From assembly GCA_965218425.1 (NCBI GenBank), contig OZ244621.1, positions 3,616,001 through 3,680,000 on the forward strand: a DNA stretch of 64,000 nt, given 5' to 3'. The first letter of the stretch is position 1. Each line of letters begins with the position of its first letter. Under the pieces are notes generated by a model that made no database searches, was not told the origin of the DNA, and was given only the letters and a program-made list of their open reading frames with translations. Of this stretch, positions 51,341-60,968 are shown one piece after another. Both the position numbers and the translations under genes were made by a program. The stretch is from an uncultured Candidatus Binatia bacterium (GTDB lineage Bacteria > Desulfobacterota > Binatia > UBA9968 > CAXXLF01).

Positions 51341-51613
51341 ATGAATCCAGCCGAAGGCGCTTCCTGGCTCGCTGTCTTTGTTATCCTCCTGGGTTTAATC
51401 CTCGTATTGATCCGCGCGGTTATGGGTCCAACACTATTCGATCGCATCTTGGCCGTAAACATGGCTGGGACAAAAACCGTGATTCTCGTGGCGCTTTTGG
51501 GATTTGCCAGCAAACGTCCGGAGTTTTTGGATATCGGGCTTCTGTACGCGCTGGTGAACTTTATTGCCACCATCGCCATTCTTAAATTTAAAGAACGAGG
51601 ACGACTGGGTTAA
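51341..51613 (+). CDS. mrpF: Mrp antiporter subunit F
   Basis: GPTLFDRILA motif; three TM helices. Confidence 0.9.
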   Translation: MNPAEGASWLAVFVILLGLILVLIRAVMGPTLFDRILAVNMAGTKTVILVALLGFASKRPEFLDIGLLYALVNFIATIAILKFKERGRLG

Positions 51614-51618
51614 CTGTC

Positions 51619-51951
51619 ATGACGGTGGTTTTTGACGTATTGACGGTGGTCTTCCTCGCTGTGGGTTCTTTCTTCGCTCTCACCGGGGCAGTTGGGATTT
51701 TGCGCCTTCCCGACTTCTATTCCAGAATTCATCCTGCCGGGAAAAGCGATACTTTGGCTCAATTGATGATCCTGATGGGATTGGTGTTTCAAGTTTTTCG
51801 TAACGACAGCTATGACATTTTTATCGGTGTCAAATTGATCTTAATCGTTCTACTTTTATTTATTACATCGCCCACGGCGGTCCATGCCATTGCCAGGGCG
51901 GCCCATTTGGATGAACAAAATTCCAGGAAGAATCCTGAGAGCCATGACTGA
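51619..51951 (+). CDS. mrpG: Mrp antiporter subunit G
   Basis: GILRLPDFYSRIH and TSPTAVHAIARAA motifs. Confidence 0.92.
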   Translation: MTVVFDVLTVVFLAVGSFFALTGAVGILRLPDFYSRIHPAGKSDTLAQLMILMGLVFQVFRNDSYDIFIGVKLILIVLLLFITSPTAVHAIARAAHLDEQNSRKNPESHD

Positions 51952-52549
51952 GTTCCTGATCCTGGACGGGATATTTCTTTTGCTGCTGGTGGTCACGTCG
52001 TTGATGGTACTCAAGGTGGGTGATCTCTTTTCTTCCACCATCCTGTTGGCCCTGTACAGTTTGCTCATGGCCCTTGTCTGGTTGAATCTAGACGCCGTTG
52101 ACGTGGCATTTACGGAGGCGGCCGTGGGGGGCGGAATCTCTACCATTCTGCTCATTGGAGTGATCATCCTGGTGGGACCTGAAGAGAAAAAGAACCGAGG
52201 TTCTTACGCTTTGCCCCTCCTGGTGGCGGTTCTAACCACCGCAGCTTTAATCTACGGGACCCTGGACATGCCCTCCTTCGGAAACCCAAAAGCGCCTCCA
52301 CAAATCCACGTGCGCCCGGAATATGTCGCGCAGACGGTGAAAAAAACAACCTCGAAACCGAATAGCGCCGGTCCGTCTGCTGACCAAAACTACTTCCACG
52401 GGCACGTACCGAACCTGGTGACCTCGGTGATCGTGAACTACCGTGCGTTCGATACGCTTTTCGAGGTGGCGGTAATCTTTACCGCCGGTCTAGGTCTCAT
52501 ACTATTACTGCGAGGTCGCGGATCCGGGGGAAGTGGAGGGCATGGGTGA
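51944..52549 (+). CDS. Mrp subunit B-related protein (DUF4040 plus MnhB N-terminal part)
   Basis: AVDVAFTEAAVGGG and NLVTSVIVNYRAFDTLFE motifs. Confidence 0.85.
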   Translation: MTEFLILDGIFLLLLVVTSLMVLKVGDLFSSTILLALYSLLMALVWLNLDAVDVAFTEAAVGGGISTILLIGVIILVGPEEKKNRGSYALPLLVAVLTTAALIYGTLDMPSFGNPKAPPQIHVRPEYVAQTVKKTTSKPNSAGPSADQNYFHGHVPNLVTSVIVNYRAFDTLFEVAVIFTAGLGLILLLRGRGSGGSGGHG

Positions 52550-52986
52550 AAGATCAGGTTATCCTCCGCATCATTACAAAGATCAACCTCCCCTTTATGA
52601 TCGTATTTGGTTTCTACGTCATTGCCCACGGGGAGCTGGGTCCTGGAGGCGGATTTCAAGGTGGGATCATGTTGGCGTCCGGTTTCATTTTGTACGCCAT
52701 GGTGTACAGCGGCGAGGAGATGCGTAAAGTGGTCCCCAGGCGTCTGACGGACGCCCTGGCCTGCACGGGAGTTCTGCTTTATGCCGGTGTGGGAGTGTTT
52801 AGCCTTCTGGCCGGCCATAACTTCCTTGATTTTACACCGTTGAAACCATGGGACCACGCGGGCGCCGAATCCTGGGGAATGACTTTGGTGGAATACGGAG
52901 TGGGTATTACAGTGACTTCGGTGATGATCACTATCTTTAACGAGATTACCGAGGGAACGGTTTCGACCTCAGAGGGAGGCCGTTGA
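52546..52986 (+). CDS. mrpB: Mrp antiporter subunit B
   Basis: HGELGPGGGFQGG motif. Confidence 0.9.
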   Translation: MKDQVILRIITKINLPFMIVFGFYVIAHGELGPGGGFQGGIMLASGFILYAMVYSGEEMRKVVPRRLTDALACTGVLLYAGVGVFSLLAGHNFLDFTPLKPWDHAGAESWGMTLVEYGVGITVTSVMITIFNEITEGTVSTSEGGR

Positions 52987-53025
52987 GCAGCCCGCCGGAT
53001 TTTTCACCGATGGCTGGGGTGGACC

Positions 53026-53379
53026 ATGGATCTAGTGCTGGACCTTTACAACTATTGGATTTTCATTCTTCTGATGATGATCGGTTTGTATACGGTCATT
53101 TCACGACCCAACCTGGTTAAGAAGGCCATTGGACTGAGCCTCTTACAAACGGCTGTATTTTTGTTCTTTATCTCTCTGGGCAAGATCCAGGGAGGCTCCG
53201 CGCCAGTCCTGGCCCCAGGAGTGACCCTCTATTCCAATCCGTTGCCCCATGCATTGATTCTAACCGCAATTGTGGTCTCCGTTAGTACCCTGGCGGTGGC
53301 CCTGGCCATAATCGCCAATATCAAGGACTTCTATGGCACGGTGGAGGAGGACGAGGTGGAGAGCGCCGACCGGGTGTGA
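53026..53379 (+). CDS. mrpC: Mrp antiporter subunit C
   Basis: NPLPHALILTAIVV motif. Confidence 0.92.
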   Translation: MDLVLDLYNYWIFILLMMIGLYTVISRPNLVKKAIGLSLLQTAVFLFFISLGKIQGGSAPVLAPGVTLYSNPLPHALILTAIVVSVSTLAVALAIIANIKDFYGTVEEDEVESADRV

Positions 53380-54884
53380 TGATAGATCAGCTGCCGGCTC
53401 TCATCGTAGTGTTACCGCTTGTGGCGGGGTTCCTTATGCCGTTCTTGGGGCGTGGGAACATGCCCTGGCTTCTTGCCATTCTTGCCACCTGGGCGGTGTT
53501 GGGACTTTCCATCACGCTCTTATTCCAGATTTACGGAGGCACTCAGGCCGGCGGATCGGCTGATGCCGTGATCAGTTACGCCATGGGAGGCTGGAAGATC
53601 CCGTGGGGAATTGAATACCGGGTGGACGCACTAAATTCCTTTATGTTGCTTGTTATCGCCCTGGTGTCGGCGGTGGTTACCGTTTATGCGCGTTTGAGCG
53701 TGGCGCAAGGCATACCCCGGGAGCGAATACGTTACTTTTATTCTCTGTGGCTCCTGTTCATCACCGGCCTGTTGGGTATCACCATCACCGGTGACGTTTT
53801 CAATGTCTACGTCCTGGTGGAGATCTCATCCCTAGCTGCCTATACCCTGGTGGCCATGGGAAAATACCACAACCGTCGGGCCCTGCCGGCCAGCATGAAT
53901 TATCTCGTTTTGGGGACCATCGGCGGGGTCTTTTTTCTCATAGGGGTCGGTTATCTCTACAGCGTGACCGGGACATTGAACATGATCGACCTTGCCGAAA
54001 AGATCAGAGGCTTGCATGACAACCGCACGGTGATTACCGCAGTTGCGTTTCTCTTGATTGGACTCGGCATAAAAATGGCGTTGGCTCCCCTCCATGGGTG
54101 GCTGCCTGGCGCCCACGGTTATGCCCCGCCCATTGTCTCCGCAGCGCTTTCCGGCGTGGCCATAAAAGTCGCAGCCTATGTCATGATTCGTTTCATATTT
54201 ACCATACTGGGAGTTGAGTTCAGCCTCGAAAAAATGCCCACGAGAACCATTCTGCTGGCCTGCGCCTGCGTTGGGATTCTAGGTGGTTCCTACATGGCGA
54301 TTCACCAATCCACACTCAAACGCATCCTGGCCTATTCCAGTGTCGCACAAATCGGTTACATCACCCTTGGATTTGCCCTTGCAAATGAGCAAGGACTGAC
54401 GGGCTCTCTTATTCATATCTTTAATCATGCTTTGATGAAGAGCGGTCTGTTCCTCGCGGCGGGGATCGTGGTCTACCGTTTGGGAGACACCGACCTCTCA
54501 AATTTACGGGGATTGGGCCATAAGATGCCATGGACGGCCGCCGCGGTAACTGGCGGTGGTTTAGGACTCATCGGCGCTCCCCTGACGTCAGGGTTCGTAA
54601 GCAAGTGGTTTCTTGTCACCGGGGCATTGGATCGTGGATTGCTGACCCTGGCGGCTGTCGTACTTCTTGGATCGTTGCTTGCGGTCATCTATGTATGGCG
54701 CATTGTCGAGGTGATGTACTTCCAACCCCCTCAGGAGGGGGAGCCGGAAGTGAAAGAGGCCCCATGGTCGCTGGTTCTGCCCACTTGGGTTTTGATCGGT
54801 GCCAGCTTGTACTTTGGAATCGATACTTCCCTGTCCTTTCACCTGGCCAATGGAGCAGCCCGAGCCTTGCTGGGAATGGGATGA
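53376..54884 (+). CDS. mrpD: Mrp antiporter subunit D family (copy 1)
   Basis: GDVFNVYVLVEI, KMALAPLHGWLP and ILAYSSVAQIGY motifs. Confidence 0.92.
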   Translation: MMIDQLPALIVVLPLVAGFLMPFLGRGNMPWLLAILATWAVLGLSITLLFQIYGGTQAGGSADAVISYAMGGWKIPWGIEYRVDALNSFMLLVIALVSAVVTVYARLSVAQGIPRERIRYFYSLWLLFITGLLGITITGDVFNVYVLVEISSLAAYTLVAMGKYHNRRALPASMNYLVLGTIGGVFFLIGVGYLYSVTGTLNMIDLAEKIRGLHDNRTVITAVAFLLIGLGIKMALAPLHGWLPGAHGYAPPIVSAALSGVAIKVAAYVMIRFIFTILGVEFSLEKMPTRTILLACACVGILGGSYMAIHQSTLKRILAYSSVAQIGYITLGFALANEQGLTGSLIHIFNHALMKSGLFLAAGIVVYRLGDTDLSNLRGLGHKMPWTAAAVTGGGLGLIGAPLTSGFVSKWFLVTGALDRGLLTLAAVVLLGSLLAVIYVWRIVEVMYFQPPQEGEPEVKEAPWSLVLPTWVLIGASLYFGIDTSLSFHLANGAARALLGMG

Positions 54885-54885
54885 G

Positions 54886-56349
54886 ATGAGCACAACCGGT
54901 TCACTACTCGCCTTAACGCTTTTTTTACCCTTCTTGGGTTCTGGCCTGGTGGTGGCATTCGGCCCCTGGCCAAACCTGCGCGAATCTGTAAATCTCCTCA
55001 TCGCCGCCTGTCTCCTGGGGACCGTGGTAACCCTCTTTCCCCAGGTGGGGTTGAAAGAGCCCCTCGCCTTCACCCTTATCCAAATTATGCCAGGATTGCA
55101 GTTGGCCTTGGCGTTGGAACCCCTGGGAATGCTTTTTGCCACGGTGGCTTCAGGCCTTTGGATCGTTACAGCGGTATACTCCATCGGTTACATGCGAGCC
55201 CATCACGAACAAAATCAGACGCGGTTTTTCGCCTGCTTTGCCATGGCCATTGGGGCCGCCATGGGGATTGCCTTTGCGGCCAATGTCTTCACCTTGTTCA
55301 TTTTCTACGAAATCATGACCCTGGTCACATATCCCCTGGTGACTCACCACGGGACCAATGAGGCAGTGCGTGCGGGAAGAATTTATCTCGGTTATCTCTT
55401 TAGTACTTCCATAGGTTTTTTCCTTTTGGCCATTGTCTGGACCTGGATCTTGACGGGCACTCTCGAATTCAGGCCGGGGGGTATTCTCGCGGGCAAGGCG
55501 AGCAACGGCGTCCTTGGGGTGCTGCTGGCCCTCTACGCCTTTGGGATTGGAAAGGCGGCCCTGATGCCTTGCCATCGCTGGTTGCCTGCGGCCATGGTGG
55601 CACCGGCACCGGTCAGCGCGTTGCTCCATGCCGTGGCCGTGGTCAAGGCAGGTGTGTTTTCCATTTTAAAGATCATCGTTTATATCTTCGGGCTCGATAT
55701 GCTCAAGGAAACCGGAATGAGCGTGTGGCTCATGTATGTGGCGTCCGGGACCATCCTCATTGCCTCCCTCATTGCCCTCACCAAGGATAATCTTAAGGCT
55801 CGTCTCGCCTATTCCACCATCAGTCAGTTATCCTATGTGATCCTGGGTGCGGCTCTGGCCAATACGTGGGGCGTTGTGGGGGCGGCCATGCACATCGTGA
55901 TGCATGCCTTTGGTAAAATCACACTTTTTTTCTGTGCCGGGGCCATTGACGTGGCCTCCCGCAAGAAACAGATCAGCGAGATGACCGCCATTGGGAAAAC
56001 CATGCCCATCACCATGGTCGCGTTTCTGGTGGCTTCCTTGAGCATCATCGGTCTGCCACCTATGGGAGGGTCCTGGAGCAAATGGTACCTCATCATGGGG
56101 ACCCTGGGCGCTAACCACGCCATTTTAGCTGTGGTGCTGATGGTGAGTTCGCTCCTTAATATTGCCTACCTCATGCCGGTGGCGATTCGGGCCTTCTTTG
56201 TTGCTCCCACTACTGGGGCGACCAATGAGACGAGTATCCACGAGGCCCCATTGGCGTGCGTCGTTGCCCTGTGTATTACCTCCATTGGATGCGTGGCCCT
56301 ATTCTTTTTCGCAGACGTTCTATATGAATTTCTAAGCAGGATTGTTTGA
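54886..56349 (+). CDS. mrpD: Mrp antiporter subunit D family (copy 2)
   Basis: FIFYEIMT, KAALMPCHRWLP, ALLHAVAVVKAG and RLAYSTISQLSY motifs. Confidence 0.9.
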   Translation: MSTTGSLLALTLFLPFLGSGLVVAFGPWPNLRESVNLLIAACLLGTVVTLFPQVGLKEPLAFTLIQIMPGLQLALALEPLGMLFATVASGLWIVTAVYSIGYMRAHHEQNQTRFFACFAMAIGAAMGIAFAANVFTLFIFYEIMTLVTYPLVTHHGTNEAVRAGRIYLGYLFSTSIGFFLLAIVWTWILTGTLEFRPGGILAGKASNGVLGVLLALYAFGIGKAALMPCHRWLPAAMVAPAPVSALLHAVAVVKAGVFSILKIIVYIFGLDMLKETGMSVWLMYVASGTILIASLIALTKDNLKARLAYSTISQLSYVILGAALANTWGVVGAAMHIVMHAFGKITLFFCAGAIDVASRKKQISEMTAIGKTMPITMVAFLVASLSIIGLPPMGGSWSKWYLIMGTLGANHAILAVVLMVSSLLNIAYLMPVAIRAFFVAPTTGATNETSIHEAPLACVVALCITSIGCVALFFFADVLYEFLSRIV

Positions 56350-56366
56350 TTTCGTGAAGCACAGAA

Positions 56367-56615
56367 ATGCTTAGCGAGAAAAAGTATTGGCTCGATGAGC
56401 CCCGCAACGTAGACAAGATCTTCTGGGGACTCTGTGCGGTTTGCGTGGGATTGACGCTCCTGGATCTCTTCTACCACAAGCATGTTCACTTCTCTTGGGA
56501 GCACTGGTTTGGCTTCTATGGGTTCTATGGTTTCGTTTCGTGCGTTGGATTGGTTGTCCTGGCCAAACAGTTGAGAAGAGTGCTCAAGCGCGGGGAAGAC
56601 TACTATGACCATTAA
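56367..56615 (+). CDS. Small 2-TM membrane protein within the mrp operon
   Basis: Co-oriented, overlaps the next gene by 11 nt; two hydrophobic stretches; ends KRGEDYYDH. Confidence 0.75.
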   Translation: MLSEKKYWLDEPRNVDKIFWGLCAVCVGLTLLDLFYHKHVHFSWEHWFGFYGFYGFVSCVGLVVLAKQLRRVLKRGEDYYDH

Positions 56616-58287
56616 TCTACCCCCAGGGCTGATCATCATTGTAGGCGCGTTGCTCGTTCCTCTCTTCCGGGGCCGCGGGCAAGCCCTTTACATGCTTGCC
56701 TTGCCCCTTCTTAGTTTTGTTCAACTATTGGTGCTGCCCCATGGAGAATTCGGTCAGGTTGCGTTCCTGAGTTATACCCTGACAACCATTCGAGTGGATG
56801 CCCTCAGCCTGGTATTCGGGATCATTTTTCATATCGCGGCATTTTTAAGTGTCCTTTACGCCCTTCACGTGAAGGATTCGGTACAGCATGTGGCTGGGCT
56901 CATCTACGCGGGGAGCGCCATCGGAGCCGTGTTCGCCGGTGACCTGGTTAGCCTGTTCGTTTACTGGGAACTGACAGCGGTTTCATCGGTATTTTTAATA
57001 TGGGCGCGCAGAACCGAGAGGTCCTATGAGGCGGGCATGCGCTACCTTATCATTCAGGTGGCCTCGGGCCTGCTCTTACTTGTGGGTGTGATTTTCCACG
57101 CCCAGAAAACCGGCGCTATCACCTTTGGCTTCTTAGGTCTAGACGGATTGGGCTCGCAACTTATTTTCCTTGCCTTTGGGATCAAATGCGCCTTCCCGTT
57201 GCTTCACAACTGGCTCCAGGACGCTTACCCCGAGGCTACCGTTACGGGCACCGTCTTCTTGAGCGCCTTTACCACAAAACTAGCCGTATATGCCTTGGCC
57301 CGTGGGTATCCGGGGACCGAAGTTCTGATCTGGACCGGCGCCATTATGACCGCATTTCCCATCTTCTATGCGGTGATAGAAAACGACCTCCGGCGTGTAT
57401 TAGCCTATAGTTTGAATAACCAGCTTGGATTCATGGTGGTTGGAATCGGAATCGGCACAGAATTGGCGCTCAACGGTACCGTTGCCCACGCGTTTTCCCA
57501 TATCATTTACAAAGCGCTTTTGTTCATGTCCATGGGAGCCGTATTGTTCCGAACCGCAACCATCAACGGTTCGGAACTGGGGGGACTGTACAAATCCATG
57601 CCCTATACGACTTTCTTCTGCGTCGTCGGGGCGGCTTCCATTTCAGCCTTTCCCCTTTTCAGTGGTTTTGTGAGCAAATCCCTTATCATGACATCAGCGG
57701 CGGACGGAGGGTTTGTCTGGGCCTATTTAATCTTGTTATTTGCCTCGGCGGGTGTATTTCACCACTCCGGAATCAAAATTCCTTTCTTCGCGTTTTACGC
57801 CCATGATTCGGGTATCCGTTGCAAGGAAGCCCCTTGGAACATGCTCCTTGCAATGGGTATTGCCGCATTTTTATGTGTTGCAATCGGAGTCTATCCCGGG
57901 CCGCTATATCAGTTGCTGCCATACCCAGTCGATTATGTTCCATATACCACGACCCACGTAATCACCCAGCTTCAACTCCTCCTGTTTTCCGCTCTGGCCT
58001 TTGCCGTGCTAAAGCGCACAGGCATCTATCCGGCGGAGCTGAAGGCGACAAACCTCGATACCGATTGGTTTTACCGGGGATTGCCAAAACTCATGTGGAC
58101 AGCGGTGGGCGCCCCTTTAGCTACAGGACTTGGTTCTGTCCGCAATGGAATAACCAAGCGGGTCTCTCAGTTCACCATCCTTTTCCCAAAGCCACTGGAA
58201 GTCAGCCAAATGGTTCTTTTGATTGTGCTCTTGCTCTTTATTTTTTTGGTAGTCGACTTCTGGCAGTACTGGCAGTCCCGGCAATAG
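56605..58287 (+). CDS. mrpD: Mrp antiporter subunit D family (copy 3)
   Basis: FVYWELTA, KCAFPLLHNWLQDAYPEA, RVLAYSL and HIIYKALLFM motifs. Confidence 0.9.
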   Translation: MTINLPPGLIIIVGALLVPLFRGRGQALYMLALPLLSFVQLLVLPHGEFGQVAFLSYTLTTIRVDALSLVFGIIFHIAAFLSVLYALHVKDSVQHVAGLIYAGSAIGAVFAGDLVSLFVYWELTAVSSVFLIWARRTERSYEAGMRYLIIQVASGLLLLVGVIFHAQKTGAITFGFLGLDGLGSQLIFLAFGIKCAFPLLHNWLQDAYPEATVTGTVFLSAFTTKLAVYALARGYPGTEVLIWTGAIMTAFPIFYAVIENDLRRVLAYSLNNQLGFMVVGIGIGTELALNGTVAHAFSHIIYKALLFMSMGAVLFRTATINGSELGGLYKSMPYTTFFCVVGAASISAFPLFSGFVSKSLIMTSAADGGFVWAYLILLFASAGVFHHSGIKIPFFAFYAHDSGIRCKEAPWNMLLAMGIAAFLCVAIGVYPGPLYQLLPYPVDYVPYTTTHVITQLQLLLFSALAFAVLKRTGIYPAELKATNLDTDWFYRGLPKLMWTAVGAPLATGLGSVRNGITKRVSQFTILFPKPLEVSQMVLLIVLLLFIFLVVDFWQYWQSRQ

Positions 58288-58311
58288 AAGGGGTGGCCAT
58301 CGATTTACGAT

Positions 58312-59337
58312 CTAGAAGGTCCCTCCCAGTCGAAACAGCACGAAAAGGCCCACGAAGTAAACGATCGCCAGAATGATGCTGTCGGGCTCGAGGAGGTACC
58401 ACCGCTTTTCTCTGCGGAAAATAACGCCCATGATGCCGATGCTCATAAGAATAATCGCCAACAGTCCGGCTATGGTCTGAGTTGATCCAACGCTTTGGAG
58501 CAAGGAGCCTTTGGAGTAGGCGATATCGGTGGGAAAAACCAGCATCATATTGAAGGCGTTACTGCCGAAGAGGTTCCCCACTGCCAGGTCGTAGGCCCCC
58601 AGGCGAACTGCGGCAAGGGAGGTGACCATCTCTGGGAGTGACGTGGTCAGGGCCACCAGTGAGGCTCCGATGAAAGTTGTGCCGATGCCGGTGATGTCAG
58701 CAATGCTCTTGGCGGACTTGGCGAGAAGGGGGGCGAAGATAATGATGGTCACCGCGGCGGCGGCGAAGAGCAGACTGGCACGTTTGAGGGACATTGAGTC
58801 ATCTGCAGTGGAAACTTTCGTTTCAGACCCGGAGCTATTCTGAGTTTCAGTCTCGTACTGGAGAATAAAACGGAGACCAAAAACGTATAATGCGGCGATC
58901 AGCATGGTATCCCAACCCAACCGCCCAAAAAATGCAGTATCCAGATCTGCGATAATAAAGAGCGCCACAAAGGCTGCTAACATAATGGCCAGGCCTGCTA
59001 TCAAAATCTGGGAATAGGACACGCTGTGCCAGACCTTTGCTTCTCGGTTCAGGAGATCTACCAGCGCCAAGGTGAACATGTTCAGCATGCAGGCGCCGTA
59101 AAGATCTCCCAGGGCCAGGTCGGGTGCATCCACCCAGGTCACGGCACTGATGCAAGTGAGGCCCTCGGGGAGAGACGTGGCGCCAGCCAATAGCAGGGCC
59201 CCGATCCATATTCGTCCTAGGCCCGTGAGGTCTGCCAGTAAGTCGCCGTACTTCGATAGTTTTGTGCCGGCAACAACGATGACTACGGCACTCGCTAAGA
59301 ACGTCAGTAATGCGGTTTGAAGCGTGAATTCTCCCAA
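58312..59337 (-). CDS. Sodium:calcium antiporter (CaCA family, YrbG-like)
   Basis: Two alpha repeats: GATSLPE...GDLYGACMLN and TTSLPE...GNLFGSNAFN. Confidence 0.9.
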   Translation of the reverse strand: MGEFTLQTALLTFLASAVVIVVAGTKLSKYGDLLADLTGLGRIWIGALLLAGATSLPEGLTCISAVTWVDAPDLALGDLYGACMLNMFTLALVDLLNREAKVWHSVSYSQILIAGLAIMLAAFVALFIIADLDTAFFGRLGWDTMLIAALYVFGLRFILQYETETQNSSGSETKVSTADDSMSLKRASLLFAAAAVTIIIFAPLLAKSAKSIADITGIGTTFIGASLVALTTSLPEMVTSLAAVRLGAYDLAVGNLFGSNAFNMMLVFPTDIAYSKGSLLQSVGSTQTIAGLLAIILMSIGIMGVIFRREKRWYLLEPDSIILAIVYFVGLFVLFRLGGTF

Positions 59338-59426
59338 GATGTTCTTTCTCAGGCTGAAAAAAGCTTGAACCGCATTTTATAACGTTTCTTCGGTGAAATT
59401 GCAAAAAAAAAGGTTAGGAATAATGG

Positions 59427-59455
59427 TTGACAGGGAGGTTTGTTCCCCATATGCT
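59427..59455 (+). promoter_or_regulatory. Sigma70-type promoter of the otsA-like gene
   Basis: TTGACA (59427-59432), N17, TATGCT (59450-59455). Implies the true start is downstream of the ORF-track start at 59393. Confidence 0.7.
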
Positions 59456-59512
59456 TTGAGGGCGATCATTTCAGTCTTCAATTCAAGGATTGCTTTGGAC
59501 CGTTCGCCATTT

Positions 59513-60940
59513 ATGGGTGACATGGAGGACATAGCCGATCCCCTGACCATCATCTCGAACCGCGCTCCCTACGAACTCAGAAAAAGAGCAGGAAAAGCCT
59601 CCTATGAAAAAACCGTTGGTGGTTTGGTTTCTGTTCTGGACGAAATCATGTGTCGGGGTGGCGGCACCTGGGTGGCATGGGGAGAGGCCGCAGGCACAGT
59701 TGAACGGGTGAAAGTCCCGGTGGAAGATCCCAAATACTCTATAAAATTGATTCAGCTTACCGACCAAGAGGTAAGGAATTATTACCAGGGGTTCTCCAAT
59801 CGAGTCCTATGGCCCCTGTCCCACTATTTCCTGGATCGATGTCACTTTCGCTTCGAGTACTGGAAGGCCTATGAGAGTGTTAATCATAAGTTCGCCCAAG
59901 CCTACACCTCGGAGGGTCGAAGCGAGGGCAGTATCTGGATTCACGACTTCCATTTAACGCTGCTTCCCGGTCTGATTCGAGGGGAAAACCGGGATCAATC
60001 CATTGGTTTTTTTTGGCACATTCCGTTTCCTTCCTCTCCGGTATTCAGGGTGCTGCCGTGGCGCAAGGAAGTCCTCCACGGCCTATTAGGAAGCGACTTG
60101 ATTGGCTTTCAACTCCACGCCCACGCCGACAATTTCCTTCAATCCGTGGAGGACGTCCTCGGGCTAGCGGTGGACCGAGAAAATTATCTGATTGAATATC
60201 AGGGCCGTACCGTCAAAGTGGGGGCTTTCCCCGTAGGAATTGATTACCAGAGATGGAATCGCTTGGCCGCGAATCCTACAAATCAAGAAAAGGCCTTGCA
60301 GATCCGTCGGGAAGTGGGCGGTCAATACCTTCTTGTGGGTGCGGATCGACTGGACTATACCAAGGGGATTCTGGAGAGACTACTTGCTTATGAGCGCTTT
60401 TTAGAAAAATATCCCGAATACCACGGGAACGTGTGCTTGATGCAGATCGCCGTCCCCTCGCGCACACGTGTGGAGGAATACATAAGGCTTAGACGCAGCA
60501 TTGATGAAACCATCGGCCGCATCAGTGGGCGATTTAGCACCCGAAAGTGGGTTCCAGTGCGTTATCTCTTTAAGGCCTTTCCCACCGAGGAGCTGGTGAG
60601 CTACTACTCAGCGGCGGATGTGGCCATGATCACACCCCTCAGGGATGGAATGAATCTGGTAGCACAGGAGTACGTGGCATCCAGGGCGCGGGACGACGGC
60701 AGCCTCATTCTCAGTGAATTCGCCGGAGCCGCTGGGATCCTAACAGACGCAATCATAGTGAACCCTTATAACCTTGAAGACTTGGCCGATACGATACATC
60801 GATGTCTAGCCATGTCAGAGAGTGAAAAACAAAGCCGAATGCAAGGCCTCCGACGATCCGTCAAAACCAATGACGTTTATCGGTGGTGCCAAAGCTTTCT
60901 CCAGACCCTTACCCGAGCCCCCGTGCCGGTGCAAAACTGA
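59513..60940 (+). CDS. otsA: Trehalose-6-phosphate synthase-like glycosyltransferase (GT20)
   Basis: ISNRAP, GGLVS, GFSNRVLWPLSH, WIHDFHL, FFWHIPFP, DRLDYTKGI, TPLRDGMNLVAQEY and LSEFAGAA motifs. Confidence 0.85.
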   Translation: MGDMEDIADPLTIISNRAPYELRKRAGKASYEKTVGGLVSVLDEIMCRGGGTWVAWGEAAGTVERVKVPVEDPKYSIKLIQLTDQEVRNYYQGFSNRVLWPLSHYFLDRCHFRFEYWKAYESVNHKFAQAYTSEGRSEGSIWIHDFHLTLLPGLIRGENRDQSIGFFWHIPFPSSPVFRVLPWRKEVLHGLLGSDLIGFQLHAHADNFLQSVEDVLGLAVDRENYLIEYQGRTVKVGAFPVGIDYQRWNRLAANPTNQEKALQIRREVGGQYLLVGADRLDYTKGILERLLAYERFLEKYPEYHGNVCLMQIAVPSRTRVEEYIRLRRSIDETIGRISGRFSTRKWVPVRYLFKAFPTEELVSYYSAADVAMITPLRDGMNLVAQEYVASRARDDGSLILSEFAGAAGILTDAIIVNPYNLEDLADTIHRCLAMSESEKQSRMQGLRRSVKTNDVYRWCQSFLQTLTRAPVPVQN

Positions 60941-60968
60941 CACCCAAGAGGCGAAGGCTTCCATTTTA

